Shown: one piece after another, positions 49,788 through 62,689 of the stretch
How positions within the stretch are numbered: position 1 is the stretch's first letter
How the letters are laid out: each line of letters starts with the position of its first letter
From: Squalus acanthias
Lineage: Eukaryota
Direction: 5' to 3'
NCBI GenBank assembly: GCA_030390025.1
Contig: CM059432.1
Coordinates: 152,894,001-152,958,000, forward strand
Length of the DNA stretch: 64,000 nucleotides
Program-made: the position numbers and the translations under genes
The notes under the pieces: model-generated
What the model was told of the DNA's origin: nothing
The model's database searches: none
The model's input: only the letters and a program-made list of their open reading frames with translations

Positions 49788-49860
49788 ATTTTTTTTTTTA
49801 TTCGCTTATGGGATCTGGGCGTCGCTGGCAAGGCCAGCATTTATTGGCCATCCCTAAATT
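49788..49860 (-). mobile_element. Tail of the single-ORF LINE or its partner SINE
   Basis: Reverse complement of tagggatgg.caataaatgctggccttgccagcgacgccca.atccca..aataaaaa. Confidence 0.8.
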
Positions 49861-49978
49861 CCCACTGTGTTTACAATATCAATAGTAAAGGGTTCTGACT
49901 TCAAGGGTTCTGGTCAGACCACTTGCTCTCAGTCGTTGGGTGCTCCAGTTATCATCCCCCTTGGCCTGCAGCAGGACA

Positions 49979-52900
49979 ACTCACTGCGAGCAGCCGAGGG
50001 GGAGCGGACCGAGCCGGGAACGGGGGAGAGGCCAGTAAATAAAGAGCGGGGTCGGAGAGGGGCCTGAACTCACTGCGAGGAGGAGCCAAGCCGGGAACCG
50101 GAGCAGAGAGGAAAAAATCCAGGAGTCCAAAAAACAAGGAGTGACATCACAGGAAAGCAGGGAAGTGATTGGTCAGTATTTCTCTCTTTATCTTGGGCAT
50201 TGGTTTAAATTAAGAGCCAGGATTAAAAACTAAACGTTCAAAAAGAGGGAGCTGATTGGTGAGTATCTGGTAAGTGTTTTTACTTGGCTTTCTTAAAGTT
50301 TTTAAGTTTATTCCAGCTAGGTTAGTAAGTAGTCTGTTAAGTAGAGGTATGGCAGGGCAGCTCACACCCGTGGAATGCACATCCTGTGCCATGTGGGAAA
50401 TCCTGGACACCTCTCGTGGTCTGGACGACCACATGTGCGGGAAGTGTCACCAGCTACAGCAGCTCGAGCACCGGGTTACGGAGCTTGAGCGGCGGCTGCA
50501 GTCACTGCTGTGCATCCGCGAGGCTGAGAGCTACGTGGATAGCACGTTTCGGGAGGTGGTTACCCCGCAGCTTAGAATGTGCAGGCAGAGAGGGAATGGG
50601 TGACCGTCAGACAGAAGAGGAGGACCAGGCAGGTAGTGCAGGAGTCCCCTGAGCCCATCTTGCTCACCAACCAGTATTCGGTGCTGAGTACTGGTGAGGG
50701 CGATGGTTCCTCTGGGGAGTGCAGCCAGAGCCAAGTCCACAGCACCATGGAAGGCTCAGCTGCACAGGCCGGGGGGAAGAGGAGAGGGAGAGCAATAGTG
50801 ATAGGGGATTCAATAGTTAGGGGAGCAGACAGGCGTTTCTGCGGCCGCAGACGTGACTCCAGGATGGTATGTTGCCTCCCTGGTTCCAGGGTCAAGGATG
50901 TCACTGAACGGCTGCAGGGCATTCTGAGGGGGGTAGGTGAACAGCCAGAGGTCGTTGTCCATATCGGTACCAAAGACATAGATAGAAAGAGGGATGAGGT
51001 CCTGCAGGCAGAGTTTAGGGATCTAGGAAAGAGGTTAAAAAGCAGGACCTCTAAGGTAGTAATCTCCGGATTACTACCAGTGCCACGTGCTAGTGAGTAC
51101 AGAAATAGGAAGATAGAGCAGATGAATGCGTGGCTGGAGAGATGGTGTAGGAGGGAGGGCTTTAGATTCCTGAGGAATTGGAACCGTTTCTGGGGGAGGT
51201 GGGACATCTACAAGCCAGACGGATTGCACCTCAACGGGAACGGGACCAATATCCTCGCGGGAGGGTTTGCTAGTGCTGTTGGGGAGGGTTTAAACTAGCT
51301 TGGCAGGGGGATGGGATCCTAAGTATAGAGTCAATAGGGAGGGAAGTAAAACTGGAATTGGAAAACAAAAACGTAGAAAGTAAATTGGAAGGACAGAGGA
51401 ATCAAGGGCTAGATAGTAGTCAACAGGAGGTTTGCCTGTACTAAATGGTATATACTTCAATGCAAGGAGTATAGCGAACAAGGCAGATGAGCTGAGGGCA
51501 CAGGTAGATACTTGGGATTATGATATTATAGCTATTACACAGACGTGGCTGAAAGAGGGGCAGGTAGGCAGCTCAACATTCCTGGTTACAGGATTTTCAG
51601 ACAGGATAGAGAGGGAGGTAAAAAGGGAGGGGGGGTCGCGATATTGATTAAAGAAACTATACAGCTGTGAGAGGGATGATATGTTGGAGGGATCATCAAA
51701 CGAGGCCATATGGGTCGAATTGAAAAACAAAAAAGGGGCGATCACACTGCTGGGAGTGTACTACAGACCCCCAAACAGTGAGAGGGAGATAGAAGAACAA
51801 ATAGGGAGACAAATTTCTGAGAAGTGCAAAAACTATAGGGCAGTAATAGTAGGGGATTTCAACTACCCCAATATTAACTGGGATAAAATTAGTGTGAAGG
51901 GCATAGAGGGTGCAGAATTCCTAAAATGCATCCAGGAGAACACTTTTAGCCAGTATGTAGCAAGCCCAACAAGGGAGGGGGCGGTTCTGGACTTAGTTTT
52001 AGGGAATGAAGCTGGGCAGGTAGAAGGCGAATCGGTGGGGGAGCATTTTGGTGCTAGTGACCATAATTCTGTTAGATTTAAGGTAGTTATGGAAAAGGAC
52101 AAGGATAGACCAGGAATAAAAATTCTAAATTGGGGAAAAGCAAATTTTGCTAAGCTCAGAGGGGACTTAGCCATAGTGGACTGGAAACAGCTACTTGAAG
52201 GTAAATCAGTGTCAGAGCAGTGGGAGGCATTCAAGGAGGAGATCCGGAGGGTTCAGACCAATTATGTGCCCTTAAAGAAAAAAGGTGGGACTAACAAATC
52301 TAGAGCCCCCTGGATGTCTAGGGACATACAGGGTAGGATAAAGAAAAAAAGGGAGGCTTATGACAGATACCGAGGGCTAAATACTCCAGAATCTTTAGAG
52401 GAGTACAGAAAGTGCAGGGGTGCAATTAAAAAGGAAATTAGGAAAGCAAAGAGAGGGCATGAAAAATTCTTGGCATGTAAAATCAAGGAAAACCCAAAGA
52501 TGTTTTATAAATATATTAAGAGTAAGAGGATAACTAAAGAAAGGGTTGGGCCTATTAGAGATCATGAGGGTAATGTGTGTGTGGAGATGGGAGACGTCGG
52601 TAGGGTTCTTAATGAATACTTTGCGTCTGTTTTCACAAAGGAGAGGGGCAAAGCAGACATTGCTATTGGGGGGAGGAGTGTGAAATATTAGATGAAATAA
52701 ACATAGTGAGAGAGGAAGTATTAAGGGGTTTATCAGCTTTAAAAGTGGATAAATCCCCAGGCCCGGATGAAATGTATCCCAGGCTGTTAAGCGAAGCAAA
52801 AGAGGAAATAGCAGTGGCACTGACAATCATTTTTCAATCCTCTCTGGCTTCAGGTGTGGTGCTGGAGGACTGGAGGACTGCTAATGTGGTACCCTTGTTT

Positions 52901-54780
52901 AAAAAGGGAGAAAAGGATAGACTGAGTAATTGCAGGCCAGTCAGCCTAACCTCAGTGGTGGGAAAATTATTGGAAAGAATTCTGAAGGACAGGATAAATC
53001 TTTATTTAGAAAGACACGGATTAATCAAGGATAGTCAGCACGGATTTGTTAAGGGAAGGTCGTGTCTGACAAACTTGATTGAATTTTTTGAGGAGGTAAC
53101 AAGGAGGGTAGATGAGGGTAGTGCGTTTGATGTAGTGTATATGGACTTTAGCAAGGCTTTTGATAAGGTTCCACATAGCAGACTGGTCATGAAGTTAAAA
53201 GCCCATGGGATCCAGGGCAAAGTGTCAAGTTGGATTCAAAACTGGCTCGGAGACAGGAAGCAGAGGGTAATGGTTGATGGGTGTTTTTGTGACTGGAAGG
53301 CTGTTTCCAGTGGGGTTCCGCAGGGCTCAGTACTAGGTCCCTTGCTTTTTGTGGTATGTATCAATGATCTAGATTTGAAAATAGGGGGTATGATTAAGAA
53401 GTTTGCAGATGAAGGGCAACACGGTGGCATAGTGGTTAGCACTGGTGCCTCACAGCGCCAGGGACCCGGGTTCGAATCTGGCCTCAGGTGACTGTCTGTG
53501 TGGAGTTTGCACATTCTCCCCGTGTCTGCGTGGGTTTCCTCCGGGTGCTCCAGTTTCCTCCCACAGTCCAAAAATGTGCGGGTTAGGTTGATTTGGCTAT
53601 GATAAATTGACCCTTAGTGTTAGGGGGGGATTAAATATGTGGGGTTACGGGGATAGGATAGGAAGGGATATGTTAGGGGGAATTAAATACGTGGGGTTAC
53701 GGGGATAGGTTGGGATATGTGTCGGTGCAGGCTCGATGGGGATTCTGTGTGAGAAAGCAGGGACAGGGTACTGGATTTGGATGATCAGCCATGATTGTAT
53801 TGAATGGTGGAGCAGGCTCAACGGGCCGAATGGCCTACTCCTGCTCCTAGTTTCTATGTTTCTATGATACTAAAATCAGCTGTGTGGTTGATACTGAAGA
53901 AGGAAGCTGTAGACTGCATGAAGATATCAATAAATTGGTCAGGTGGGCAGAACAGTGGCAAATGGAATTCAATCCGGAGAAGTGTGAGGTAATGCATTTG
54001 GGGAGGGCTAACAAGGAAAGGGAATACACATTAAATGGTAGGACACTGAGTAGTGTAGAGGAACAAAGGGACCTTGGAGTGCATGTCCACAGATCCCTGA
54101 AGGTAGCAGGCCAAGTAGATAAGGTGGTTAAGAAGGCATACGGAATGCTTGCCTTTATTAGCTGTGGCATAGAATACAAGAGCAGGGGGGTTATGCTTCA
54201 ACTGCATAAAACACTAGTTAGGCCTCAGCTAGAGTACTGCATGCAGTTCTGCTCACCACATTACAGGAAAGATGTGACTGCACTAGAGAGGGTACAGAGG
54301 AGATTTACAAGGATGTTGCCGGGAGTAGAGAATCTTAGCTATGAGGAAAGATTGGATAGGCTGGGTCTGGTTTCCTTGGAACAGAGGAGGCTGAGGGGAG
54401 ACTTTATTGAGGTGTATAAAATTATGAGGGGCATAGGTAAAGTGGATAGAAAGGATCTATTTCCCTTAGCAGAGGGGTCAAAAACCAGGGGGCACAGATT
54501 TAAAGTAATTGGTGGAAGGTTTAGAGGGGATTTGAGGGGAAATTTCTTCACCCAGAGGGTAGTGGGGGTCTGGAACTCACTGCCTGAAAGGGTGGTAGAG
54601 GCAGGAACCCTAACCACATTTAAAAAGTACTTGGATGTGTACTTGGGATGCTGTAACCTGCAGGGCTACGGACCAAGAGCTGGGAAGTGGGATTAGGCTG
54701 GATAGCTCTTTGTTGGCCGGCGCGGATACAATGGGCCGAAATGGCCTCCTTCCGTGCTGTAACTTTCTATGATTCTATGA
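49979..54780 (+). mobile_element. Full-length CR1 (copy D), frameshifted
   Basis: 5' UTR with duplicated aactcactgcgag unit, ORF1 50349-51298, ORF2 pieces 51432-54696, tail; GACA at both outer junctions. Confidence 0.92.
53414..53866 (+). mobile_element. V-SINE (HE1-like) inserted in the FADD codons of CR1 copy D
   Basis: KFAD|SINE|DTK; A/B boxes, V-domain, CR1 tail. Confidence 0.92.
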
Positions 54781-55882
54781 ATCGCATAGACCTCCTCAGA
54801 AGGCAAACACGGGACACAACCAACAGGGTACCCTACGTCGTCCAGTACTTCCCCGGAGCGGAGAAACTACGCCATGTTCTTCGCAGGCTTCAACATGTCA
54901 TCGATGACGACAAACACCTCGCTAAGGCCATCCCCACGCCTCCACTACTTGCTTTCAAACAGCCGCCTAACCTCAGAAGTACCATCGTTCGCAGCAAATT
55001 ACCCAGCTTTCAGGATAACAGCGACCACGACACCACACAACCCTGCCACGGCAAACTCTGCAAGACATGCCAGATCATCAACACAGATACCACCATCACA
55101 CGTGAGGACACTAACCACCAGGTACATGGTACATACTCATGTGACTCGGCCAACGTTGTCTACCTGATACGTTGGAGGAAAGAATGCACCGCGGCATGGT
55201 ACATCGGCGAGACCATGCAGACACTGAGACAACGTATGAACGAGCACCGCGCAACAATCGCCAGGCAGGATTGTTACCTCCCAGTCGGGGAACACTTCAG
55301 CAGTCAAGGACATTCAGCCTCGGATCTGCGGGTAAGCGTTCTCCAAGGCAACCTTAGAAACACATGACAACGCAAAATCATCGAGCAGAAACTGATAGCC
55401 AAGTTCCGCACTCATGAAGACGGTCTCAACCGGGATCTTGGGTTTATGTCACGATACATGACGTGATCCGGACTTGAGTCGTCGTTGGCTTGTTCACAGA
55501 TGTGATTCCCAGTAAAAAAGTAAAAATTTTCCCAGTAAAAAAGTAAAAATTTTAAAGCTTTTCGTTTTACATACAGACGGCAGCTTTTGACACGTTAGAA
55601 CCCCTGCGACTACACCTCATTGTCTCAGTTGTATCTTGCTATGTCTTTGATGTGGTACCTTCCTGGCTGACCTGATTAACTTTATCACACCTCGGCAGAT
55701 AGTCAGGATGATTTAATTTAGTGGTCTGCAATTGTAAGGTACACATGCTTTGTTCTCTATCTATATATGCTTTGGCGATTCTGTATCTATTTACTTCACC
55801 TGAGGAAGGGGCAATCGATAGGTCCGAAAGCTTGTGATTTCAAATAAAACTGTTGGACTATAACCTGGTGTTGTGCGACCTC
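54781..55882 (+). mobile_element. 5'-truncated Penelope-like element (GIY-YIG endonuclease plus terminal repeat)
   Basis: PCHGKLCKTC..SCDSANVVYLI..WYIGETMQTLRQRMNEHR..VGEHF..GLN; flanked by duplicated tctatgattctatga. Confidence 0.92.
55796..55837 (+). ncRNA. Minimal type I hammerhead ribozyme in the Penelope terminal repeat
   Basis: UCAC-CUGAGGA-A-(GGGGCAAUCGAUAGGUCC)-GAAA-GC-UU-GUGA: stem I UCAC/GUGA, palindromic AAGCUU stem III. Confidence 0.78.
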
Positions 55883-56884
55883 TCTATGATTCTATGACAG
55901 GGAGATGGAGCAGAGGCAACGAAGAAGAGCACAAGCTGCTCGCAGAGGGAGGAGGAGGAGGGGGAGAAGGGCTCTCAGTAGGAGCCTTACCCACCTAGGG
56001 TCTTCCGAGAGCAATTCTCCTACCTCAACCTGAGCCAGGAGCAATGTGTGAGGTGTCTGCGCTTTACGAAGAAGGTGCTCACAGAACTCTGCCACCTCTT
56101 GCAACCAGACCTGCAGCCTCTTATGAGCCACCTTGGCCTGCAAAAGAAAGGGAAGTGTGTCATTGAATGTGGTGCAATGCGTTTGGGTGATATGCCTGTC
56201 ATGGTTGAATAGCTGGCATTGTATGCAAGGTGTGAGATGTAGGTGTGAGGCTTGCAACAATGGTAAGTGTGTAAGGGTGAGGTGAAACTATGAATGTTTG
56301 GTATGAGTGGTGATTGCTAGAGATTGTTGGTAGGTGAGTGATGGGGGTGTGGTGCATTGAGCAGTGTGTGAGGCTAGTGGTGCAGATGGTGGGATATGGC
56401 ATTTGAAGATGTATTCACTGACCTTGACCACTTGTGTGAGATCATTAAACTTCTTTCGGCACTGGATCCAGGTCCTGGGGAAAGACTGGTGGCACTGACC
56501 GCTTCAGCAATCTGCTCCAACTGCCTTCTTGCACTTTGTTTAGAGGGCCTCCTTGCCCCCTGCGGGTAGAGGACCTGTCCTTTTGACCCCCTGCACTAAA
56601 GCCTCCAATGCTGCGTCGGAGAACTGAGGTGCCCTTTCCCTGCCCTGTTGAGTCATAGCTACCTTCCCCTTTCCTCTGCTACACTAACAATGAGGTGCTT
56701 CTTTCAGGAAGCACCTCCCCTTTAAGAAGTGCAGACTGAGTTTCACATTGCAGGCTAGTTTTAAATTGAGCTAACCAGCAGTGTGTTCCGTGCTGGGCTC
56801 AGCGCTTCAACCATGTTAATGAGCAGGCAGCTCACGCATCGCCATCCCTGTGCTCGTTTTCAGGCCTTATCGAATTTAGCTCCC

Positions 56885-57695
56885 ATTCTGTTTTTCTATT
56901 CCTCCTAACAAAGTGAATAACCTCACATTTCCTCACATTATACTCCATCTGCCACCTTCTTGCCCACTCACTAAACCTGTCAATATCCCTTTGCAGACTC
57001 TTTGCATCCTCCTCACAGCTTACTGTCCCACCTAGCTTTGTATCATCAGCAAACTTGGATACATTGCACTCAGTCCCTTCATGTAAGTCATTGATATAGA
57101 TTGTGAATCGCTGGGGCCCCAACACTGACCCTTGTGGCACCCCACTAGTTACAGCCTGCCAACCTGAAAATGACCCATTCATCCCTACTCTCTGTTTCCT
57201 GTCCTTTAGCCAATCCTCTATCCACGCTAATATATTACCCCCAATCCCATGAGGCCATGTGCAACAATCTTTCGTGTGGCACCTTATCGAATGCCTTTTG
57301 GAAATCCAAATATACTACATCCACTGGTTCCCCTTTATCTACCCTGCTAATTATATCCTCAAAGAACTCTAATAGATTTGTCAAACACGATTTCCCTTTC
57401 ATAAAACCATGTTGACTCTGCCTACTCATATTATGATTTTCTAAGTGCCGTTACCACTTCCTTAATAATGGGTTCCAGCATTTTCCCAACGACTGATGTC
57501 AGGCTAACTGGCATTGTAGTTCCCTGTTTTCCCTCTGTCTCCTTTCTTGAATTGTGGTGTGACATTTGCTACCTTCCAATCCGCTGGGACCACTCCAGAA
57601 TCTAGGGAATTTTGGAAGATCACAGCCAATGCATCCACTATCTCTGCAGCCACCTCTTTTAGAACCCGAGGATCTAGGCCGTCAGGTCCCGGGGA
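56885..57695 (-). mobile_element. Internal CR1 RT fragment
   Basis: ORFs 57235-57429 and 56832-57182 (SQHGFMKGKSCLTNL, GVPQGSVLGP, KFADDTKLGG). Confidence 0.9.
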
Positions 57696-57746
57696 ATGTC
57701 GGCTTTTAGACCCTGAAGCATTCGATGTGCTTCTTTAATCAAGAGA

Positions 57747-58790
57747 TTCGATCGTCTCCTCTAACAGCGCGATTCGATCATCTCCTCTAACAGCGTGATT
57801 GGATCATCTCCTCTAACAGCGTGATTGGATCATCTCCTCTAACAGCGTGATTGGATCATCTCCTCTAACAGCGTGATTGGATCATCTCCTCTAACAGCGT
57901 GATTGGATCATCTCCTCTAACAGCGTGATTGGATCATCTCCTCTAACAGCGTGATTGGATCATCTCCTCTAACAGCGTGATTCGATCTGCTCCTCTAACA
58001 GCGTGATTGGATCATCTCCTCTAACAGCGTGATTGGATCTGCTCCTCTAACAGCGTGATTGGATCATCTCCTCTAACAGCGCGATTGGATCTGCTCCTCT
58101 AACAGCGCGATTCGATCATCTCCTCTAACAGCGAGATTCGATCTGCTCCTCTAACAGCGCGATTGGATCGTCTCCTCTAACAGCGTGATTGGATCTGCTC
58201 CTCTAACAGCGTGATTGGATCTGCTCCTCGAACAGCGTGATTGGATCTGCTCCTCTAACAGCGTGATTGGATCTGCTCCTCTAACAGCGTGATTGGATCT
58301 GCTCCTCTAACAGCGTGATTGGATCTGCTCCTCTAACAGCGCGATTGGATCGTCTCCTCTAACAGCGCGATTGGATCGTCCCCTCTAACAGCGCGATTGG
58401 ATCGTCCCCTCTAACAGCGCGATTGGATCGTCTCCTCTAACAGCGCGATTGGATCGTCCCCTCTAACAGCGCGATTGGATCGTCTCCTCTAACAGCGTGA
58501 TTGGATCTGCTCCTCTAACAGCGTGATTGGATCGTCTCCTCTAACAGCGTGATTGGATCTGCTCCTCTGACAGCGTGATTCGATCTGCTCCTCTGACAGC
58601 GTGATTCGATCTGCTCCTCTAACAGCGTGATTCGATCTGCTCCTCTGACAGCGTGATTGGATCGTCTCCTCTAACAGCGTGATTCGATCTGCTCCTCTAA
58701 CAGCGTGATTGGATCGTCTCCTCTAACAGCGTGATTCGATCTGCTCCTCTGACAGCGTGATTCGATCTGCTCCTCTAACAGCGTGATTCG
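57747..58790. repeat. 26-bp minisatellite, variant 1 (ctcctctaacagcgtgattggatcnn)n
   Basis: Directly visible tandem units. Confidence 0.96.
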
Positions 58791-58844
58791 ATGTGCAGCT
58801 ATAATCAAGGGATTGGTCATGCTGCTCCAATGGATGGATTAGTT

Positions 58845-60820
58845 GTGTCCCTATAATCGGGGGGTTCGATGTGTCCCTATAATCTAGGGGTTCGATGTGT
58901 TCCTATAATCGGGGGGTTCGATGTGCCCCTATAATCGAGGGGTTCGATGTGCCCCTATAATCGAGGGGTTCGATGTGTCCCTATAATCGAGGGGTTCGAT
59001 GTGTCCCTATAATCGGGGGGTTCGATGTGTCCCTATAATCGGGGGGTTCGATGTGTCCCTATAATCGAGGGGTTCGATGTGTCCCTATAATCGGGGGGTT
59101 CGATGTGTCCCTATAATCGGGGGGTTCGATGTGTCCCTATAATCGGGGGGTTCGATGTGTCCCTATAATCTAGGGGTTCGATGTGTCCCTATAATCGGGG
59201 GGTTCGATGTGCTCCTATAATCGGGGGGTTCGATGTGTCCCTATAATCGGGGGGTTCGATGTGTCCCTATAATCTAGGGGTTCGATGTGCCCCTATAATC
59301 GGGGGGTTCGATGTGTCCCTATAATCTAGGGGTTCGATGTGCCCTATAATCGGGGGGTTCGATGTGTCCCTATAATCTAGGGGTTCGATGTGTCCCTATA
59401 ATCTAGGGGTTCGATGTGCCCCTATAATCGGGGGGTTCGATGTGTCCCTATAATCGAGGGGTTCGATGTGTCCCTATAATCGGGGGGTTCGATGTGTCCC
59501 TATAATCGGGGGGTTCGATGTGCCCCTATAATCGGGGGTTCGATGTGTCCCTATAATCGGGGGGTTCGATGTGTCCCTATAATCTAGGGGTTCGATGTGT
59601 CCCTATAATCGGGGGGTTCGATGTGTCCCTATAATCTAGGGGTTCGATGTGTCCCTATAATCTAGGGGTTCGATGTGTCCCTATAATCGGGGGGTTCGAT
59701 GTGCATCTATAATCGGGGGGTTCGATGTGTCCCTATAATCGGGGGGTTCGATGTGTCCCTATAATCTAGGGGTTCGATGTGTCCCTATAATCGGGGGGTT
59801 CGATGTGTCCCTATAATCTAGGGGTTCGATGTGTCCCTATAATCTAGGGGTTCGATGTGTCCCTATAATCGGGGGGTTCGATGTGTCCCTATAATCTAGG
59901 GGTTCGATGTGTCCCTATAATCGGGGGGTTCGATGTGATCCTATAATCTAGGGGTTCGATGTGTCCCTATAATCGGGGGGTTCGATGTGATCCTATAATC
60001 TAGGGGTTCGATGTGTCCCTATAATCGGGGGGTTCGATGTGATCCTATAATCTAGGGGTTCGATGTGCCCCTGTAATCGAGGGGTTCGATGTGTCCCTAT
60101 AATCGAGGGGTTCGATGTGTCCCTATAATCGGGGGGTTCGATGTGTCCCTATAATCGGGGGGTTCGATGTGATCCTATAATCTAGGGGTTCGATGTGCCC
60201 CTGTAATCGAGGGGTTCGATGTGATCCTATAATCGGGGGGTTCGATGTGCCCCTGTAATCGAGGGGTTCGATGTGTCCCTATAATCGGGGGGTTCGATGT
60301 GTTCCTATAATCGGGGGGTTCGATGTGTCCCTATAATCGGGGGGTTCGATGTGATCCTATAATCTAGGGGTTCGATGTGCCCCTGTAATCGAGGGGTTCG
60401 ATGTGTCCCTATAATCGGGGGGTTCGATGTGTCCCTATAATCGGGGGGTTCGATGTGTCCCTATAATCGAGGGGTTCGATGTGTCCCTATAATCGGGGGG
60501 TTCGATGTGTCCCTATAATCGGGGGTTCGATGTGATCCTATAATCGGGGGGTTCGATGTGTCCCTATAATCGAGGTGTTCGATGTGCTCCTGTAATCGAG
60601 GGGTTGGATGTGCCCCTGTAATCGAGGGGTTGGATGTGCCCCTGTAATCGAGGGGTTGGATGGGCTCCTATGATTGACGAATTGGCCATGTACCTATACT
60701 GGTGTGATTGCACGTGCTCCTATAATCAATGGATTGGATGTACTACAATCGAAGGGTTGGATTTGCTTCAATAATCAAGGAATTGGATGCGCTCCTCAAT
60801 AATAAAGGCATTGGATGATA
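58845..60820. repeat. 26-bp minisatellite, variant 2 (gttcgatgtgtccctataatcggggg)n, degenerating after about 60660
   Basis: Directly visible tandem units with cggg/ctag/cgag variants. Confidence 0.96.
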
Positions 60821-60945
60821 GTAGGAATTCAGTGGAGAGGAGGAAGGCAGTTCTCACACCCAACTGAAAAGAAGGACTGGAGCCGCAGATCCCGAGGATT
60901 CTGAGAGAAGTATTATGGTTCAGTATTTCGATAGTTATGTTCTTT

Positions 60946-61683
60946 GGGGCAGTAATTCAGTCTCGCTAACTTTTGAAAGCTGGGAAACTTAGTGCCAGGC
61001 GCTAATGATTCCCAGCTTTTTCAAAATTTGGAGTTTGCGCTCCAGGAAGGAAGTGGAGCTAAATCAAGTGCTCCACTGCCTTCCGGGAGCGCTAAAGGAC
61101 GCAGGCGGGGCGGTAGTGGTGCAGCGCTGCACGATGTCCCTGTGAAGTGCTGCCGTGTTCCGAGACTCCTTCCCTCCCTTAAAGGGAAGGCCCATCGCTG
61201 CAGACTCTGCATTGGGACCAGGTAGATGGTCCCCGACGGCGACCGTGATCCGACTCGATCAGCCCCGTGCACTCCAGCAGAGTCCTGGGCTGATCGATCG
61301 CGGCCCAGGAGGAATCGAAAAAAATCACTTGAAGCATTGTTATAATCTTTCTCCTACCCGCGCCAACGTCCCCTTTATTTACACCTCTGAAGCTCCCGGC
61401 CTCCCGAACAACGCCTCCTGCCGCTGTCGGTGTTGTCGCCCGGCGATGCTGCTGGGGGCGGAAGCGAAGTTCAGGTTCGGGACACTACCGGAGCGATGCG
61501 CACGGCAATGATGTCACGATCTCCGAGCGCAGGAGATCGTGACGCATAAGTGCCCCTGCCAACCTCTCGGCCAAATTAGCGGGAGTCGTTCATCTCACCG
61601 TGCCTGGTCGGTAAGTCGTTAGCACCCCGTTATCACCCCCGGAGGCAATAACAGGAGGCACTAACCAACCGAATTTCTCCCAC
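60946..61683. mobile_element. Harbinger-type MITE
   Basis: Imperfect TIR ggggcagtaattc/gaatttctcccac, TTT on both flanks, subterminal motifs shared with 47756-48648. Confidence 0.75.
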
Positions 61684-61812
61684 TTTGTGTTGAGTGATCG
61701 CAGTAGTTCTTGTTAAGCTTGAGTAAATAATCAGTCTTTGGTTAGTTCGTTTTGAGGAGCGAAAAGAAAAATAACAGTGTAATTTAATATATTACAATAG
61801 TTTAGACCTAGG

Positions 61813-62428
61813 TTTTTTATTCAATCACAGGATGTGGGCATCGCTGGCAAGGCCAGCATTTATTGCCCATCCCAAATTGCCCTCGAAGGTGGTGGTGAGC
61901 CTCCTTCTTGAACCGCTGTAGTCCGTGTGGTGAAGGTACTCCCACAGTGCTGTTAGGGAGGGAGTTCCAGGATTTTGACCCAGCAACGATGAAGGAACGG
62001 TGATATATTTCCAAGTCAGGATGGTGTGTGACTTGGAGGGGAAATTGGAGGTGTTGTTCCCTTGTGCCTGCTGCCCTTGTCCTTCTAGGTAGTAGAGGTC
62101 ACGGGTTTGGGATGTGGTGCCAAAGAAGCCTTGGTGAGTTGCTGCAGTGCATCTTGTAGATGGTACACACTGCAGTCACGGTACGCCGGTGGTGGAGGGA
62201 GTGAATGTTCCAGGCAAGTGGAGAGTGTTCCACCACACTCCTGACTTGTGCCTTGTAGATGGTGGAAAGGCTTTGAGGAGTCAGGAGGTGAGGCACTCGC
62301 CGCAGAATACCCAGCCTTTGACCTGCTCTTGTTGCCACAGTGTTTATGTGGCCGGTCCAGTGAAGTTTCTGGTCAATGGTGACCCCCAGGATGTTGATGG
62401 TGGGGGATTTGGCGATGGTAATGCCGTT
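61813..62428 (-). mobile_element. 3' fragment of the single-ORF LINE family
   Basis: NGITIAKSPTINILGVTIDQKL..YKAQVRSV..SLHHRR plus tail. Confidence 0.9.
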
Positions 62429-62429
62429 G

Positions 62430-62675
62430 GTCAATGGTATTCGATAAGGTTCTACATAAGACACTGTTAATAGTCTCCTATAATGAAGGGGTTGGATGTG
62501 CTCCATGGACACTTATAATCAAGGGATCGGATGCGATTCTATGAATGAGGGTTTGGAATTGCTCCTGTAATGAAGGGACTGCTTGTGGTCCTATGATCGA
62601 GGAGTTGTATGTGCTCTGGTAATAAAGGCGTTGGATGTTCTCCTTTCATCAAGGGCTTGGGTGTGCTCCTATAAC
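62430..62675. repeat. Degenerate continuation of the 26-bp array
   Basis: ctcctataatgaaggggttggatgtg-like units. Confidence 0.7.
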
Positions 62676-62689
62676 AACAAAAACAACTT

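Larger units (their letters stand above)
49870..56884. mobile_element. Internally deleted Harbinger interrupted by CR1 copy D
   Basis: Transposase 5' part 49918-49978 resumes 55898-56120, fused to Myb exon 2/intron/exon 1 on - (56121-56660); right end gaatttagctccc; left end not resolved. Confidence 0.75.

Noticed and set aside
53405..53415. SINE targeting of the RT catalytic motif
   Set aside because: Single event; the other V-SINE in a CR1 RT is at a different position, and ATGA microhomology with the tail explains it
57747..60660. CRISPR-like array
   Set aside because: Units are contiguous with no unique spacers, no cas genes, eukaryotic context
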